A DNA stretch of 64,000 nucleotides from the IMG/VR virus record IMGVR_UViG_3300047546_001437, positions 8,667-72,666 of that record; one strand, written 5' to 3'. The translations under genes and the position numbers were made by a program. Within the stretch, counting starts at the first letter, position 1. Every line of letters begins with the position of its first letter. A model generated the notes under the pieces. That model had not been told where the DNA came from, made no database searches, and saw only the letters and a list, made by a program, of their open reading frames with translations. Shown here one piece after another: positions 46,501-56,783 of this stretch. Source of the stretch: a virus.

Positions 46501-47106
46501 ATGTCATTTGATTATAGTGGATATCCAGAAACACCAGACGTTATATATCACCATAAAGGGTACTCTGCACCTACAGCAGCATCATCCAATGTTGAGGCAG
46601 TATCCGCAAGCCTTATGGGAATTTCTGGATCACAAAATACTGGTTCCTCTTCTAGCGCTTCAACGACAGATTCTGTTAAGGCAGCAAGGCCAGACATTAT
46701 TATTACAACAGAAGAAGCAACACCAATTGAGTTAATGACAGACCTTATATTTGAGGATATAGGTGGACAAGAATTAATTAATATTGCAAGAACAGATATT
46801 GTAAATGGTCAAAATGTTCTTTATCATCCAATTAAAAATTTAAGCAGTATATATTTTAAGTATAATCCACAAAATATATTAGCACTACAAAAAACCTCTG
46901 AAGAGTATTTTAAAAAATTTCCAATAAAACTGGGTGATAAAATCCCTACCTGCGGAACTGGGCCAGATTGTAAAACAGTATATTTAGAGGATGGAACAGG
47001 AAATCTTATCATAAACGTGATAAATCTTGAGGATGATGAGCAGGTAGAGGTTCAGATCCTTATTAATGGAAAAATTTATAATGGTACAATATATGAGGCG
47101 GAATAA
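46501..47106 (+). CDS. Tail tip/minor tail protein (putative)
   Basis: ATG 46501 just after upstream stop; structural context. Confidence 0.55.
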   Translation: MSFDYSGYPETPDVIYHHKGYSAPTAASSNVEAVSASLMGISGSQNTGSSSSASTTDSVKAARPDIIITTEEATPIELMTDLIFEDIGGQELINIARTDIVNGQNVLYHPIKNLSSIYFKYNPQNILALQKTSEEYFKKFPIKLGDKIPTCGTGPDCKTVYLEDGTGNLIINVINLEDDEQVEVQILINGKIYNGTIYEAE

Positions 47107-47108
47107 CT

Positions 47109-48251
47109 ATGATAACTAATACTGGTAAAAACATACTTGCAAAATATTTGATAGGACAGGCCCCTGCGTATGCCTCATATATTGCAATAGGCTGTGGAGC
47201 AAAGCCATTATCCTTAGATGCTAATTTTGGAGATTATTCAAATAAAACACGTTTAGATTTTGAAATGCTGCGTGTACCAATTACTTCTCGTGGGTATGTA
47301 ACAGAAGATGGCATTTCTAAGATAGTTTTAACTGCAGAACTTCCAAGCGAAGAAAGATATGAGATTTCTGAGGTTGGTGTATTTTCTGCTGGAGCAAATT
47401 CTCAGGCTGGGGCATATGACAGTAAGACAGTTTATGCATTTACTCAGGATGAAAATTGGCAGCATCACGTTCCATCTTCTGGCACGGGTTTAGCAACAGC
47501 GATTCCAATTGTTTATTCTCCATTAGACGGAGACCTAGAAAATAATGTTATTAATCAACCATATTCAGTTTTTCAAACAAATGCAGATAATAGAATTTTT
47601 ACAAATTCAAATAGAGTAAATAGATACGAAAGATGTAGATTTTTTAATAATATTGTTGTAATGCGTGGTAATTCATCATCTCTTACCTCTTCAGGTGGGC
47701 ACATTAATGTTGGCTCTGGATCAGAGCACATACACCTAACTGGAGCAATAGTTGACTTTACCAAAAACTCACCAACAGACGATATCAAATTTGGATTTAC
47801 TGTTATAAATAAAACAGGCAACTCTATTGCTGTTCCAGACAATGTAAAAATTCTTTTAGAATTTTCTTCTACGGATGTTCATAATACGGGGCAGTGGGCC
47901 AGATTTGAGTTAGATTTAAGCAATGGTACGGGTGCTAATCAACATGACTTTTCTACAAGCAGATACGTTGTAGCATCTAAGCAATTACAACAGTTATATA
48001 TGAGTGACGGGTTTACTTGGAATAGCGTAGATGTTGTAAAAATTTATGCATGTGTTACTGAAAACGGTTCGCCATCAGAAGATTTTTATGTATGTTTTGA
48101 TGCAATTAGATTAGAAAATAATAGCAGTATAAATCCATTATATGGAATGACTGGTTACTCTGTTATAAAGACAAATGGATCTCAAACAATTGTTAAGGCA
48201 GCAAATACTACTAACTATATAGAATTTAGATTTGCTTTGGATGTACAATAA
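47109..48251 (+). CDS. Minor tail/baseplate protein with collar-like N-terminus
   Basis: 'MITNTGKNILAKYL', 'YIAIG.G', 'ISEVGVF' resemble tail-collar N-terminal domains; TGGTACAAT at 47082-90. Confidence 0.55.
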   Translation: MITNTGKNILAKYLIGQAPAYASYIAIGCGAKPLSLDANFGDYSNKTRLDFEMLRVPITSRGYVTEDGISKIVLTAELPSEERYEISEVGVFSAGANSQAGAYDSKTVYAFTQDENWQHHVPSSGTGLATAIPIVYSPLDGDLENNVINQPYSVFQTNADNRIFTNSNRVNRYERCRFFNNIVVMRGNSSSLTSSGGHINVGSGSEHIHLTGAIVDFTKNSPTDDIKFGFTVINKTGNSIAVPDNVKILLEFSSTDVHNTGQWARFELDLSNGTGANQHDFSTSRYVVASKQLQQLYMSDGFTWNSVDVVKIYACVTENGSPSEDFYVCFDAIRLENNSSINPLYGMTGYSVIKTNGSQTIVKAANTTNYIEFRFALDVQ

Positions 48252-48685
48252 TGGCAGATAATAATATTAAAAAAGTTATTATACTAAAAAAAGATTTGCC
48301 ACAATTTTATGGTTCAGATCAAGAGTATGTAGTTAAATATAGAATAATCACAGAAGATAAGAACAGGACTTCTCATTGGTCTCCAAACTATAAATTACCT
48401 GTAGCACCAGTTACAGCAATAGATTATAGAATTGCTGTAGAGCAGTCTCACGATATGATCAATGCTGTATGGACTCCAAATTCTACAACAAAGTCAGAAT
48501 TTGATATTTATGTTAAATGGGACAGTGATCCATGGCAGTTTATATCTACTGTTTTTACAACAAGTTATTCTACAATTATTAAATCTGGAGCAGCACATTT
48601 TCAACTTGCTGTACAGGTTCCAACATTTCCGAAGGAGCGTTTTTCTGGGGCTACATTATTTGAGTCTACCCAGATAAACGTTTAA
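48251..48685 (+). CDS. Minor tail protein (Fn3/Ig-like, putative)
   Basis: 'YRI...D.NRTSHWSP'; coupled. Confidence 0.5.
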   Translation: MADNNIKKVIILKKDLPQFYGSDQEYVVKYRIITEDKNRTSHWSPNYKLPVAPVTAIDYRIAVEQSHDMINAVWTPNSTTKSEFDIYVKWDSDPWQFISTVFTTSYSTIIKSGAAHFQLAVQVPTFPKERFSGATLFESTQINV

Positions 48686-48694
48686 TGGTATAAT
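48686..48694 (+). promoter_or_regulatory. Extended -10 promoter, probably leaderless (TGGTATAAT, 5 nt before ATG 48700)
   Basis: Read directly from sequence. Confidence 0.65.
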
Positions 48695-48699
48695 TAAAT

Positions 48700-49143
48700 A
48701 TGGCAAAATTACCTTTACCAGAAAGAGGGCAGCCACTAGATGTTGCCTATATATATGAACTTGCAAATGCATTAAACGATGTTGCATCTCAAGTTTCCTA
48801 CTCTACAAATAAGTATGTTTCTGTAGATGCACCAGGCGTTGGAAGGCAGAACGTAAAAGCATCTGAAGCAAGAATAATTGGTGGATACGTAGATGTTGTA
48901 ATTAGTTCTACAAGAACAAAGGGACAGGAGTCACCATTCTCATATGACTTTCCAACCGATTTTAAGTATACCCCAATAGTTACAGCAACTCCTATAAATG
49001 TGGGAGCAACGGATGCTGGAAAAGATGTCACGGTAGTACTAAAGAGTATTACAACTTCTAAAGTTGAGGGCGTTATAAGATTTAACAATACGGGTGATGT
49101 ATCTGTTGCGGTCAATCTTATAATTGTTGGTATACCTAATTAA
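48700..49143 (+). CDS. Minor tail protein with H-lectin/gp53-like C-terminal domain
   Basis: 'F...FKYTPIVTAT...VNLIIVG'. Confidence 0.5.
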   Translation: MAKLPLPERGQPLDVAYIYELANALNDVASQVSYSTNKYVSVDAPGVGRQNVKASEARIIGGYVDVVISSTRTKGQESPFSYDFPTDFKYTPIVTATPINVGATDAGKDVTVVLKSITTSKVEGVIRFNNTGDVSVAVNLIIVGIPN

Positions 49144-49334
49144 TGATTGTATGTCAAAAATGCAAAAAAAGAATGTTTGTAGATAGGCAATACAGCAAGA
49201 TAGACCATCTTGAGGTATACTGTTTGTATTGTGGATCACGAAGATTTTTTCATCCACCTAGTCAATCCTTGGAGGGGCAATGGCTACTAGAAAAGGAAAA
49301 GTCTCTAGCGAAGAGTACAATAGCGCCCCTGTAA
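49143..49334 (+). CDS. Small Zn-ribbon protein
   Basis: CQKC...CLYCG. Confidence 0.65.
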   Translation: MIVCQKCKKRMFVDRQYSKIDHLEVYCLYCGSRRFFHPPSQSLEGQWLLEKEKSLAKSTIAPL

Positions 49335-49822
49335 TACCTGGAAATAAAAAAGTTTGGTTTTTAAATAAAGATTTAGTTAGGGTGCACCATATAAATAGAT
49401 CTAATGGGATTATGTCTATTTATAATATAACACAAGATAGACTGGAAAGTTGTTTGATAAGTGATTTTAAAAAACATCGTGAAAGAGCATATACAGTTGG
49501 AGAAACAGCAGATCTTGTTAATAGGCATAAAAAATATATGCCATCTTTAATGAAGCGTGGGATTATTCCATTTCCAACTGGATCACAAAAGGGTGGTGCA
49601 CGAGGGTGGCAGGTGAGATCATATTACTCAGAATCTCAAATTTTTGAAATTAGAGATATTCTTGCTACATACCATATAGGTAGACCTAGAAAAGATAAAT
49701 TAGTTACAAATGATATTACGCCTAGTAAAGCAGAGTTGACACGAAGAATGGGCGGTGGTATAATTACTTATACGAGAACGGAAGATGGAAGATTTATACC
49801 AGTTTGGTCAGAAAGTATATAA
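49280..49822 (+). CDS. MerR-like HTH DNA-binding protein
   Basis: 'YTVGETADLVNRH...L.KRGIIP.P...R.YYSE..I'. Confidence 0.6.
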   Translation: MATRKGKVSSEEYNSAPVIPGNKKVWFLNKDLVRVHHINRSNGIMSIYNITQDRLESCLISDFKKHRERAYTVGETADLVNRHKKYMPSLMKRGIIPFPTGSQKGGARGWQVRSYYSESQIFEIRDILATYHIGRPRKDKLVTNDITPSKAELTRRMGGGIITYTRTEDGRFIPVWSESI

Positions 49823-49836
49823 TTAAATTTAGTGGC

Positions 49837-49865
49837 TTGACATGTATCAAAGAGTTTGATACCAT
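49837..49865 (+). promoter_or_regulatory. Sigma-A-type promoter TTGACA-N17-TACCAT (TG extended) heading the replication module
   Basis: Followed by SD GGAGG and ATG 49884. Confidence 0.65.
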
Positions 49866-49883
49866 AGATATAACGGAGGAACA

Positions 49884-50096
49884 ATGACAGAAAACGATTC
49901 TACAAAAGTAAATGTAACACTTGGATATACACTTAATCTTGGTAATTTTCAGTCTTTAAGGCTGGATCTTGGAATTATTGATTCAAAGCGTGATGGAGAA
50001 AATATTGATCAGGCTTTTGAAAGAGTATATAAATTTGTTGAAGACAAATTAACAGAAAAAATCGCAGAAGCAAAGTCTGAGTTAGACGAACAGTAA
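49884..50096 (+). CDS. Small conserved hypothetical protein
   Basis: SD GGAGG; 'TLNLGNFQSLRLD'. Confidence 0.65.
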   Translation: MTENDSTKVNVTLGYTLNLGNFQSLRLDLGIIDSKRDGENIDQAFERVYKFVEDKLTEKIAEAKSELDEQ

Positions 50097-50404
50097 TGGC
50101 AGAACGCAAAGACCGAATGGCTTTGCTTAGTCGTTATAGCAAGTTACATACTCAGCGATATGAGCAGAAGCCTTCTCTCAATCTTAATGTAGAGCAATGG
50201 GCTGCCGATGCACTCATAGAATCATATGGTATTGCTGCTTGCTATGATTTACTGGCATATTATTTTGAAGTAGCATCTTCTCCTTCTTGGAAGTACTTTG
50301 TAAATTATGCTGATGATATAATTGAAAAAAAGGAACAATTGATACAAGATAAAAAAGAAAGAGAGCAGAGAAGGGCTATGGCGAGGAAGTGGTTAAGTGA
50401 ATAA
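50096..50404 (+). CDS. Hypothetical protein before helicase (possible loader)
   Basis: Coupled on both sides; function inferred from position only. Confidence 0.55.
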   Translation: MAERKDRMALLSRYSKLHTQRYEQKPSLNLNVEQWAADALIESYGIAACYDLLAYYFEVASSPSWKYFVNYADDIIEKKEQLIQDKKEREQRRAMARKWLSE

Positions 50405-51614
50405 TACAGAGGCAAAACTAATTTCCGCAGTCCTTAATGATAAGCAAATACATGTATTATTACAGGCAAATGTAGAAAACTTGCTAAGAACTCATAATGA
50501 TATTTGGCAATTTATTAGAAGATATTCAGAAGCAAACGGTTCTGTTCCACCAGAAAGTTTAGTTGTAGAAAAGTTTAGAGACTTTGTTCCAGTCAAGGGT
50601 GTTGGCGCAACAAAGCACCACCTTGATGAATTACAAACAGAATACTTGAATGATAGTCTAAAAGATATTTTAAGATCTACTGCATCAGAGGTACAAAGTG
50701 GTTTGGGTGTAGAGGCGCTAGAATCATTAATTACAAAAACATCAGAGTTAAAAAAGAATACTGCAGCAATTAGAGACATTGATGTAACTGATTTAGATTC
50801 TGCAATTGGATATTTTGAAAATGTAAAGAAACAGCAAGAGTTGGGTGCTGTAGGAATTAAGACTGGTCTCCCAGGGTTTGACAACTATCTGCCTGCAGGA
50901 ATTATGCCAGGTCAACTTGGAGTATTCTTAGCATATCCTGGAATTGGAAAGTCTTGGCTATCTTTATATTTTGCTGTTCAGGCTTGGAAACAAGGCAGAA
51001 GCCCTCTTGTAATTTCCTTAGAAATGTCTGAAACAGAGGTTAGAAATCGTGTCTTTGCCATTATGGGAGAGGGACTGTGGTCTCATAGAAAGTTAAGTTC
51101 TGGACAGGTTGAGATTGACATGTTAAAACAATGGCATGCCAAAAACCTAGCAGGCAAGCCTGAGTTCCATATTATTTCTAATGATAACGGTGGAGAAATT
51201 ACACCATCAGTTCTTCGTGGAAAGATAGATCAGTATAAGCCAGACTTTGTAATTGTGGATTATCTGCAATTAATGAGTCCTAATCAAAAGTCAGATAACG
51301 AGACGGTACGAATGAAGAATCTTTCAAGAGAATTAAAGTTAATGGCTATTGCAGAAGAGGTTCCAATTATTGCTATTTCTTCTGCTACTCCAGATGACGT
51401 TACTAAGTTAGATACCGTGCCAACACTTGGTCAAACTGCTTGGTCTCGCCAGATTGCATATGATGCAGACTGGGTATTGGCTCTTGGTCGTGGTCCAAAT
51501 AGTGATATTATTGAATGCGTATTTCGTAAAAATCGTAACGGTTTTATGGGAGAGTTTTTAGTACAGGCTGATTTTGACAAAGGATACTATAGATACAAGG
51601 ACTATGAAAATTAA
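50397..51614 (+). CDS. dnaB: DnaB-like replicative helicase
   Basis: Walker A 'AYPGIGKS', 'SLEMS', 'IVDYLQLM', 'SRELKLMA', 'YDAD', 'KNRNG'. Confidence 0.9.
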   Translation: MNNTEAKLISAVLNDKQIHVLLQANVENLLRTHNDIWQFIRRYSEANGSVPPESLVVEKFRDFVPVKGVGATKHHLDELQTEYLNDSLKDILRSTASEVQSGLGVEALESLITKTSELKKNTAAIRDIDVTDLDSAIGYFENVKKQQELGAVGIKTGLPGFDNYLPAGIMPGQLGVFLAYPGIGKSWLSLYFAVQAWKQGRSPLVISLEMSETEVRNRVFAIMGEGLWSHRKLSSGQVEIDMLKQWHAKNLAGKPEFHIISNDNGGEITPSVLRGKIDQYKPDFVIVDYLQLMSPNQKSDNETVRMKNLSRELKLMAIAEEVPIIAISSATPDDVTKLDTVPTLGQTAWSRQIAYDADWVLALGRGPNSDIIECVFRKNRNGFMGEFLVQADFDKGYYRYKDYEN

Positions 51615-51637
51615 TATAATTCATTATAATATACAGT

Positions 51638-51964
51638 ATGGCAAATTTTCACCACAAGCCCATAAAGAAGTTTGGTTTAGATGGAGTAATCCATGATGAA
51701 TCTGCTATTGGCAGGCTTAAGGGTGAATATATCAGACTTATCGTATCTGAAATGCGATTATCTGGATATGTTCCAAGATTTGACATCGAGCCAGACTTTA
51801 CTATAGACTATAATGAGAAAAAGAAATACTTTGAATTTGAATTAACAGTACATGGAGTATACACAGGAAGAAAACAGAGCGAATGGATACTAGGAATAGA
51901 CGAAACCAAACCGATATATATACAAAAGAGCAAATCAAGCGAGTACTCTCAGGTTCAGGAATAA
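51638..51964 (+). CDS. Hypothetical protein
   Basis: TATAAT at 51625-30, 7 nt before ATG (leaderless-type). Confidence 0.6.
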   Translation: MANFHHKPIKKFGLDGVIHDESAIGRLKGEYIRLIVSEMRLSGYVPRFDIEPDFTIDYNEKKKYFEFELTVHGVYTGRKQSEWILGIDETKPIYIQKSKSSEYSQVQE

Positions 51965-52827
51965 CTGTAGAGTCAGAGGTAGACTCTGATTATATTATTT
52001 TTTGTCCATTTCACTCAAACTCAAGAACCCCTGCTGGAGAAGTTGATAAGCGTACAGGTAAGTTTTTTTGTTTCTCTTGCCAACACGTTGCTGATTTAAC
52101 AGAACTAGTTATGCATACCTCAAGCAGGACTTACTTTGAAGCAATTAGGTTTATTAAAAGTAAGCAGACAGAGACAAACTTAGAAAAAGAAGTTAACCAG
52201 GCTCTATTTGTAAAACCAGACTTTATCCAATTTGATGAATCTCTTCTTGCAAGGTTGCATGGCACACTAATGAGCGTAGAAAGAGCAAGACAATATTTCT
52301 TATCTAGAAAAATAGTAGAGTCTTCATGGGTAAAATTTTCATTGGGGTATTCAGAAAAACAGGATATGGTTACTGTTCCAGTACACAGTCCAGATGGTAT
52401 GCCTATAGGATTTGTTGGAAGATCTATAGAAGGTAAAGAGTTTAAGAATACTCCAGGATTACCTAAATCAAAGACATTGTTTAATTTAAATAGAGTTAAA
52501 ACTGCAGACAGGGTTTATGTTGTAGAATCTTCATTTGATGCTATAAGATTAGATCAGGTTGGATTTCCAGCAGTTGCAACATTAGGTGCTAATGTATCAA
52601 ATGCACAAGTAGAATTGCTTCAAAAGTATTTTAATAATATAATTATTATTGCTGATAACGATGAAGCAGGCGGTAACATGAAAGAGAGAATCTTAGAAAG
52701 ATTAGGCTCACGTGTTAGCGTAATACAATTAGATAATCAGTATAAGGATATAGGCGATATGACAGATGATGCAATTAAAAATTTAGAGTATCAGTTTGAC
52801 AAATCAATACTATCTATGCTAAACTAG
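51883..52827 (+). CDS. dnaG: DNA primase (CHC2 Zn finger + TOPRIM)
   Basis: 'CPFH...CFSC', 'GFVGR', 'VVESSFDA', 'ADNDEAG', 'KDIGD'. Confidence 0.88.
   Translation: MDTRNRRNQTDIYTKEQIKRVLSGSGITVESEVDSDYIIFCPFHSNSRTPAGEVDKRTGKFFCFSCQHVADLTELVMHTSSRTYFEAIRFIKSKQTETNLEKEVNQALFVKPDFIQFDESLLARLHGTLMSVERARQYFLSRKIVESSWVKFSLGYSEKQDMVTVPVHSPDGMPIGFVGRSIEGKEFKNTPGLPKSKTLFNLNRVKTADRVYVVESSFDAIRLDQVGFPAVATLGANVSNAQVELLQKYFNNIIIIADNDEAGGNMKERILERLGSRVSVIQLDNQYKDIGDMTDDAIKNLEYQFDKSILSMLN
52796..52825 (+). promoter_or_regulatory. Sigma-A-type promoter TTGACA-N18-TAAACT (TG extended) for SSB/DnaE
   Basis: Inside primase 3' end; SD AAGGAG before ATG 52851. Confidence 0.55.
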
Positions 52828-52850
52828 ACAATACACAAAGGAGAAAAACT

Positions 52851-53504
52851 ATGAGCGTAATTAAGGGACTAAAAGATATAAACGCCCTGCTCGAAAAACC
52901 AAAATATGATGGAAACGCACAAAAGGTTCGTTGGTTGAAGTTGGCTGACGGACAATCCGCAAAGATTCGATTTGTGGAAGAATTGGATCCAGATTCAGCA
53001 AACTATGATGAATCTCGTGGTCTATCTGTTGTTGTAGCAGAACATACAAATCCAAAGGACTATAAGCGTAAAGCAGCATGTACTCAGGAAACAGAGGGTC
53101 GTTGCTTCGGTTGCGAAATGGCACGTAAAGAGCCAAAAAGCGGTTGGAGAGCACGTCTTCGTTTTTACTGCAACGTTCTTGCAGATGATGGGTTAGAAGA
53201 TCCATATATTGCTGTTTGGTCACAAGGCATTAGCAAGCAATCAGCATTCAACACTATTCGTGAGTATGCACTTGAAACAGGAAGCATCTCAAATCTAGAG
53301 TGGAAGTTAAAGCGTAATGGACAGGGAACTGAAACCAATTACACACTCCTTCCAACAAAACCAGACTCTGAGCCATTTAAGTGGGAAGGTAAAGAGTATT
53401 TCAACCTAGAAAAGGTTGTTCGTGAAGTTCCTTATCCAGAGCAAGAAGCATTTTACTTTGGGTTTGACACTCCATCAGTTACCTCAACAAACATTGACTG
53501 GTAA
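52851..53504 (+). CDS. Single-stranded DNA-binding protein (gp32-like, Zn-binding)
   Basis: 'KLADGQSAKIRF', H/C..C..C, 'KLKRNGQGTET.Y'; position between primase and polymerase. Confidence 0.7.
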   Translation: MSVIKGLKDINALLEKPKYDGNAQKVRWLKLADGQSAKIRFVEELDPDSANYDESRGLSVVVAEHTNPKDYKRKAACTQETEGRCFGCEMARKEPKSGWRARLRFYCNVLADDGLEDPYIAVWSQGISKQSAFNTIREYALETGSISNLEWKLKRNGQGTETNYTLLPTKPDSEPFKWEGKEYFNLEKVVREVPYPEQEAFYFGFDTPSVTSTNIDW

Positions 53505-53507
53505 TTG

Positions 53508-56500
53508 ATGCAATACGTAGGCTTACACGTTCATACCCATTACTCGCTGTTTGACGGAATCGCTACTCCACAAGAGTATGTAGATCGTGCAGTGAGTTTG
53601 GGTATGCCAGCAATAGCGATTACAGACCATGGCTCCCTTTCTGGCCATAGAGAGATGTATCGTGCTGCTAAAGAAAAAGGTGTTAAGCCTATACTTGGCA
53701 TAGAAGGATATATGTGCGATGATCGATTTGATCGTAGAGACAAAGAAGATCGCAAAGAGCCATTAGATATGGTTTATAACCACATTATCCTTCTTGCCAA
53801 GAATCAAAAAGGTTTAGAAAATCTAAATAAGTTAAATGAAATTGCTTGGACTGAAGGCTATTATAAAAAACCAAGAATTGATTTTGAAGTTTTAGAGAAG
53901 TATTCTGAAGGAATCATTGTTTCTTCTGCATGCCCAAGTGGAATTATTGCTAAGTCAATTGAACTTGGAGAACTGGCAATAGCAAAAAAGCATATTGAAT
54001 GGTTTAAGAAAGTTTTTAAAGATGATTACTACATAGAAGTTATGCCACATAACTCTCCAGAAATAAATAAAGTTTTATTAGAATTGGCAGATCAATATAA
54101 GATTAAGGCAATTGCAACACCAGACTGCCACCATGTAGATCCATCTCAAAAAGAGATTCAAGAATTTAAATTAATTTTAAATACCTATAGCAATAAAACA
54201 CAAAAAGATGCGACTTATGAAAAATCTAAAAAGTATAAAGACATGATGTCTAGACTAGATTATTTATATGGAGCCGATAGGCAAATGTCGTTTAATAAGT
54301 TTGAAATACATCTTTTGTCGTATGAAGAAATCAAGTCTGCCATGCAGAAGCAGGGTATTGATAGAGAAGATATTTATCAAAACACCATTGACCTTGCAAA
54401 TAAGGTAGAAGACTACGATATTCGTGATGGATTAAATTTACTACCAGTACAATATAAAAACCCAGACAAAGAATTAGAAGATTTAGCAATTGCTGGACTA
54501 AAAGAAAAAGGTCTAGATGTTGATGAAAGATATATAGAAAGAATTCAAGAAGAATTATCTATAATTAAAGATAAAAAGTTTGCACCATACTTTCTTGTAG
54601 TTAGAAGCATGATTGCTTGGGCTAAAAAGGAAGGCATCATGGTTGGTCCTGGTCGTGGATCGTCTGCTGGCTCACTTCTTTGCTACACACTTGGAATTAC
54701 CGACATTGATCCAATTAAGCACGGCCTACTCTTTTTCCGTTTTATTAATCCAGAACGTAATGACTTTCCAGATATTGATACAGATATTCAAGATTCACGT
54801 CGTGAAGAGGTAAAAGATTATTTAGTTAGACAGTATAGGCATGTTGCTTCTATTGCAACATTTTTATCATTTAAAGATAAGGGTGTTGTAAGAGATATTT
54901 CTCGAGTATTAAATATACCATTACCAGATGTTAACAAGGTATTAAAACTTGTAGATGGATGGGATGATTTTTGTACATCAAAAACAACAGAATGGTTTAG
55001 AGAAAAATATCCAGAAGTAGAAATTTATGGAGAAATGATTCGTGGCAGAATTCGTGGAACTGGTATTCATGCTGCTGGTGTTGTAACAAGTAAAGAGCCT
55101 ATCTTTAAGTATGCTCCAATGGAAACAAGAAATTCTCCAGGAAGCGATGAAAGAATTCCTGTTGTTGCAGTCGACATGGAAGAAGCAGAAAAAATTGGTT
55201 TAATTAAAATTGATGCTCTAGGATTAAAGACACTATCAGTATTAAAAGATACTTTAGATATTATAGAATCTAGAGAGGGCAAGAAAATTGACCTATTGTC
55301 TATAGACATGGATGACAAAAATGTATACCAGATGTTATCTGAAGGATATACAAAGGGTGTTTTTCAATGTGAAGCAACTCCGTATACTAACTTATTAATT
55401 AAGATGGGTGTAAAGAATTTAGCAGAACTTGCTGCTTCAAATGCTCTTGTTAGACCAGGAGCAATGAATACAATTGGAAAAGATTATATTGATAGAAAAC
55501 ATGGTAGACAAAATATAGACTATGGGCATCAAATATTAAAAGCATTTACAGAGGAGACTTATGGCTGTATTCTTTACCAGGAACAGGTTATGCAAGCATG
55601 CGTATCGCTTGGCGGTATGTCCATGTCGGAAGCAGATAAAGTTAGAAAGATCATTGGAAAGAAAAAAGATGCTAAAGAATTTGATGTGTTCAAAGACAAG
55701 TTTATTGATGGCGCTTCTGCTTATATTTCTCCTAACTCTGCTCGTGACCTATGGCATGATTTCGAAGCCCACGCAGGATATTCTTTTAATAAGTCCCACG
55801 CAGTAGCATATTCAACATTATCTTATTGGACTGCGTGGCTAAAATATCATTACCCACTTGAATTTATGTACTCACTATTAAAAAATGAAAAGGATAAAGA
55901 TGCACGAACTGAATATCTTATTGAAGCGAAAAGAATGGGTATTAGCATTAAACTACCTCATATTAACGATTCGGATATTGATTTTAAAATTGAGGGTAAG
56001 GGTATTAGGTTTGGACTCTCGGCAATCAAGTTTATCTCTGATAAGATTGCAGAACGATATATATCGGCACGACCTTTTAAGTCTTATGCAGAACTTGAAC
56101 AGTTTACATTTACAAAAGGTAACGGAGTAAATAGTCGTGCATTACAGGCACTTCGTATAATTGGTGCAGCAACATTTGCAGACAATCCACGCAACGATGA
56201 AGAAATTAAAAATAATTTATATGAGTATTTAAATCTTCCAGAATTTAATTTGACCGTTCCATCTCATTATCATGCTTTTATAACTCCTGCAGAGGATTAT
56301 GAAGAAAAGGGTTCTTTTATTTTAATGGGCATGGTTAAAAATATTAAAAGGGCTAAGGGCTGGTCAAGAGTTGAGATATTAGATAAAACTGGAAGCGTTG
56401 GCATTTTTGACGAGGAGCAGACAACCATTGAAGCAGGTGTATCATATATAGTTCTTGCTAATGACAACAGGATTCTGTCTGCTGTTCCTGTAGACTCAAT

Positions 56501-56783
56501 AAAAGGGTCAGAAAGTGCTTTAGTAAAATTTTTAAACTATAAGATGCTTCCATATAAAGATGATGAGATGTTTGTGGTATCATTTAAACCAAGAGTAACA
56601 AAGGCTGGAAAGAAAATGGCATCGCTTACTGTAGCGGATTCATCTAGAGATTTACATTCTATTACAGTATTTCCTACTGCATTTGCAAAAGCATATATGA
56701 AAATAGAAGAGGGCAATGCCTATAAATTTACACTTGGAAAAACAAAAGACGGAACTGTTATATTGGAGGATATAAATGTTTGA
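53508..56783 (+). CDS. dnaE: DNA polymerase III alpha subunit (C family)
   Basis: PHP 'LHVHTHYSLFDG', 'AITDHG'; 'GPGRGSSAGS', 'PDIDTD', 'HAAGVV', 'KIDALGL', 'YSFNKSHA'. Confidence 0.95.
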   Translation: MQYVGLHVHTHYSLFDGIATPQEYVDRAVSLGMPAIAITDHGSLSGHREMYRAAKEKGVKPILGIEGYMCDDRFDRRDKEDRKEPLDMVYNHIILLAKNQKGLENLNKLNEIAWTEGYYKKPRIDFEVLEKYSEGIIVSSACPSGIIAKSIELGELAIAKKHIEWFKKVFKDDYYIEVMPHNSPEINKVLLELADQYKIKAIATPDCHHVDPSQKEIQEFKLILNTYSNKTQKDATYEKSKKYKDMMSRLDYLYGADRQMSFNKFEIHLLSYEEIKSAMQKQGIDREDIYQNTIDLANKVEDYDIRDGLNLLPVQYKNPDKELEDLAIAGLKEKGLDVDERYIERIQEELSIIKDKKFAPYFLVVRSMIAWAKKEGIMVGPGRGSSAGSLLCYTLGITDIDPIKHGLLFFRFINPERNDFPDIDTDIQDSRREEVKDYLVRQYRHVASIATFLSFKDKGVVRDISRVLNIPLPDVNKVLKLVDGWDDFCTSKTTEWFREKYPEVEIYGEMIRGRIRGTGIHAAGVVTSKEPIFKYAPMETRNSPGSDERIPVVAVDMEEAEKIGLIKIDALGLKTLSVLKDTLDIIESREGKKIDLLSIDMDDKNVYQMLSEGYTKGVFQCEATPYTNLLIKMGVKNLAELAASNALVRPGAMNTIGKDYIDRKHGRQNIDYGHQILKAFTEETYGCILYQEQVMQACVSLGGMSMSEADKVRKIIGKKKDAKEFDVFKDKFIDGASAYISPNSARDLWHDFEAHAGYSFNKSHAVAYSTLSYWTAWLKYHYPLEFMYSLLKNEKDKDARTEYLIEAKRMGISIKLPHINDSDIDFKIEGKGIRFGLSAIKFISDKIAERYISARPFKSYAELEQFTFTKGNGVNSRALQALRIIGAATFADNPRNDEEIKNNLYEYLNLPEFNLTVPSHYHAFITPAEDYEEKGSFILMGMVKNIKRAKGWSRVEILDKTGSVGIFDEEQTTIEAGVSYIVLANDNRILSAVPVDSIKGSESALVKFLNYKMLPYKDDEMFVVSFKPRVTKAGKKMASLTVADSSRDLHSITVFPTAFAKAYMKIEEGNAYKFTLGKTKDGTVILEDINV

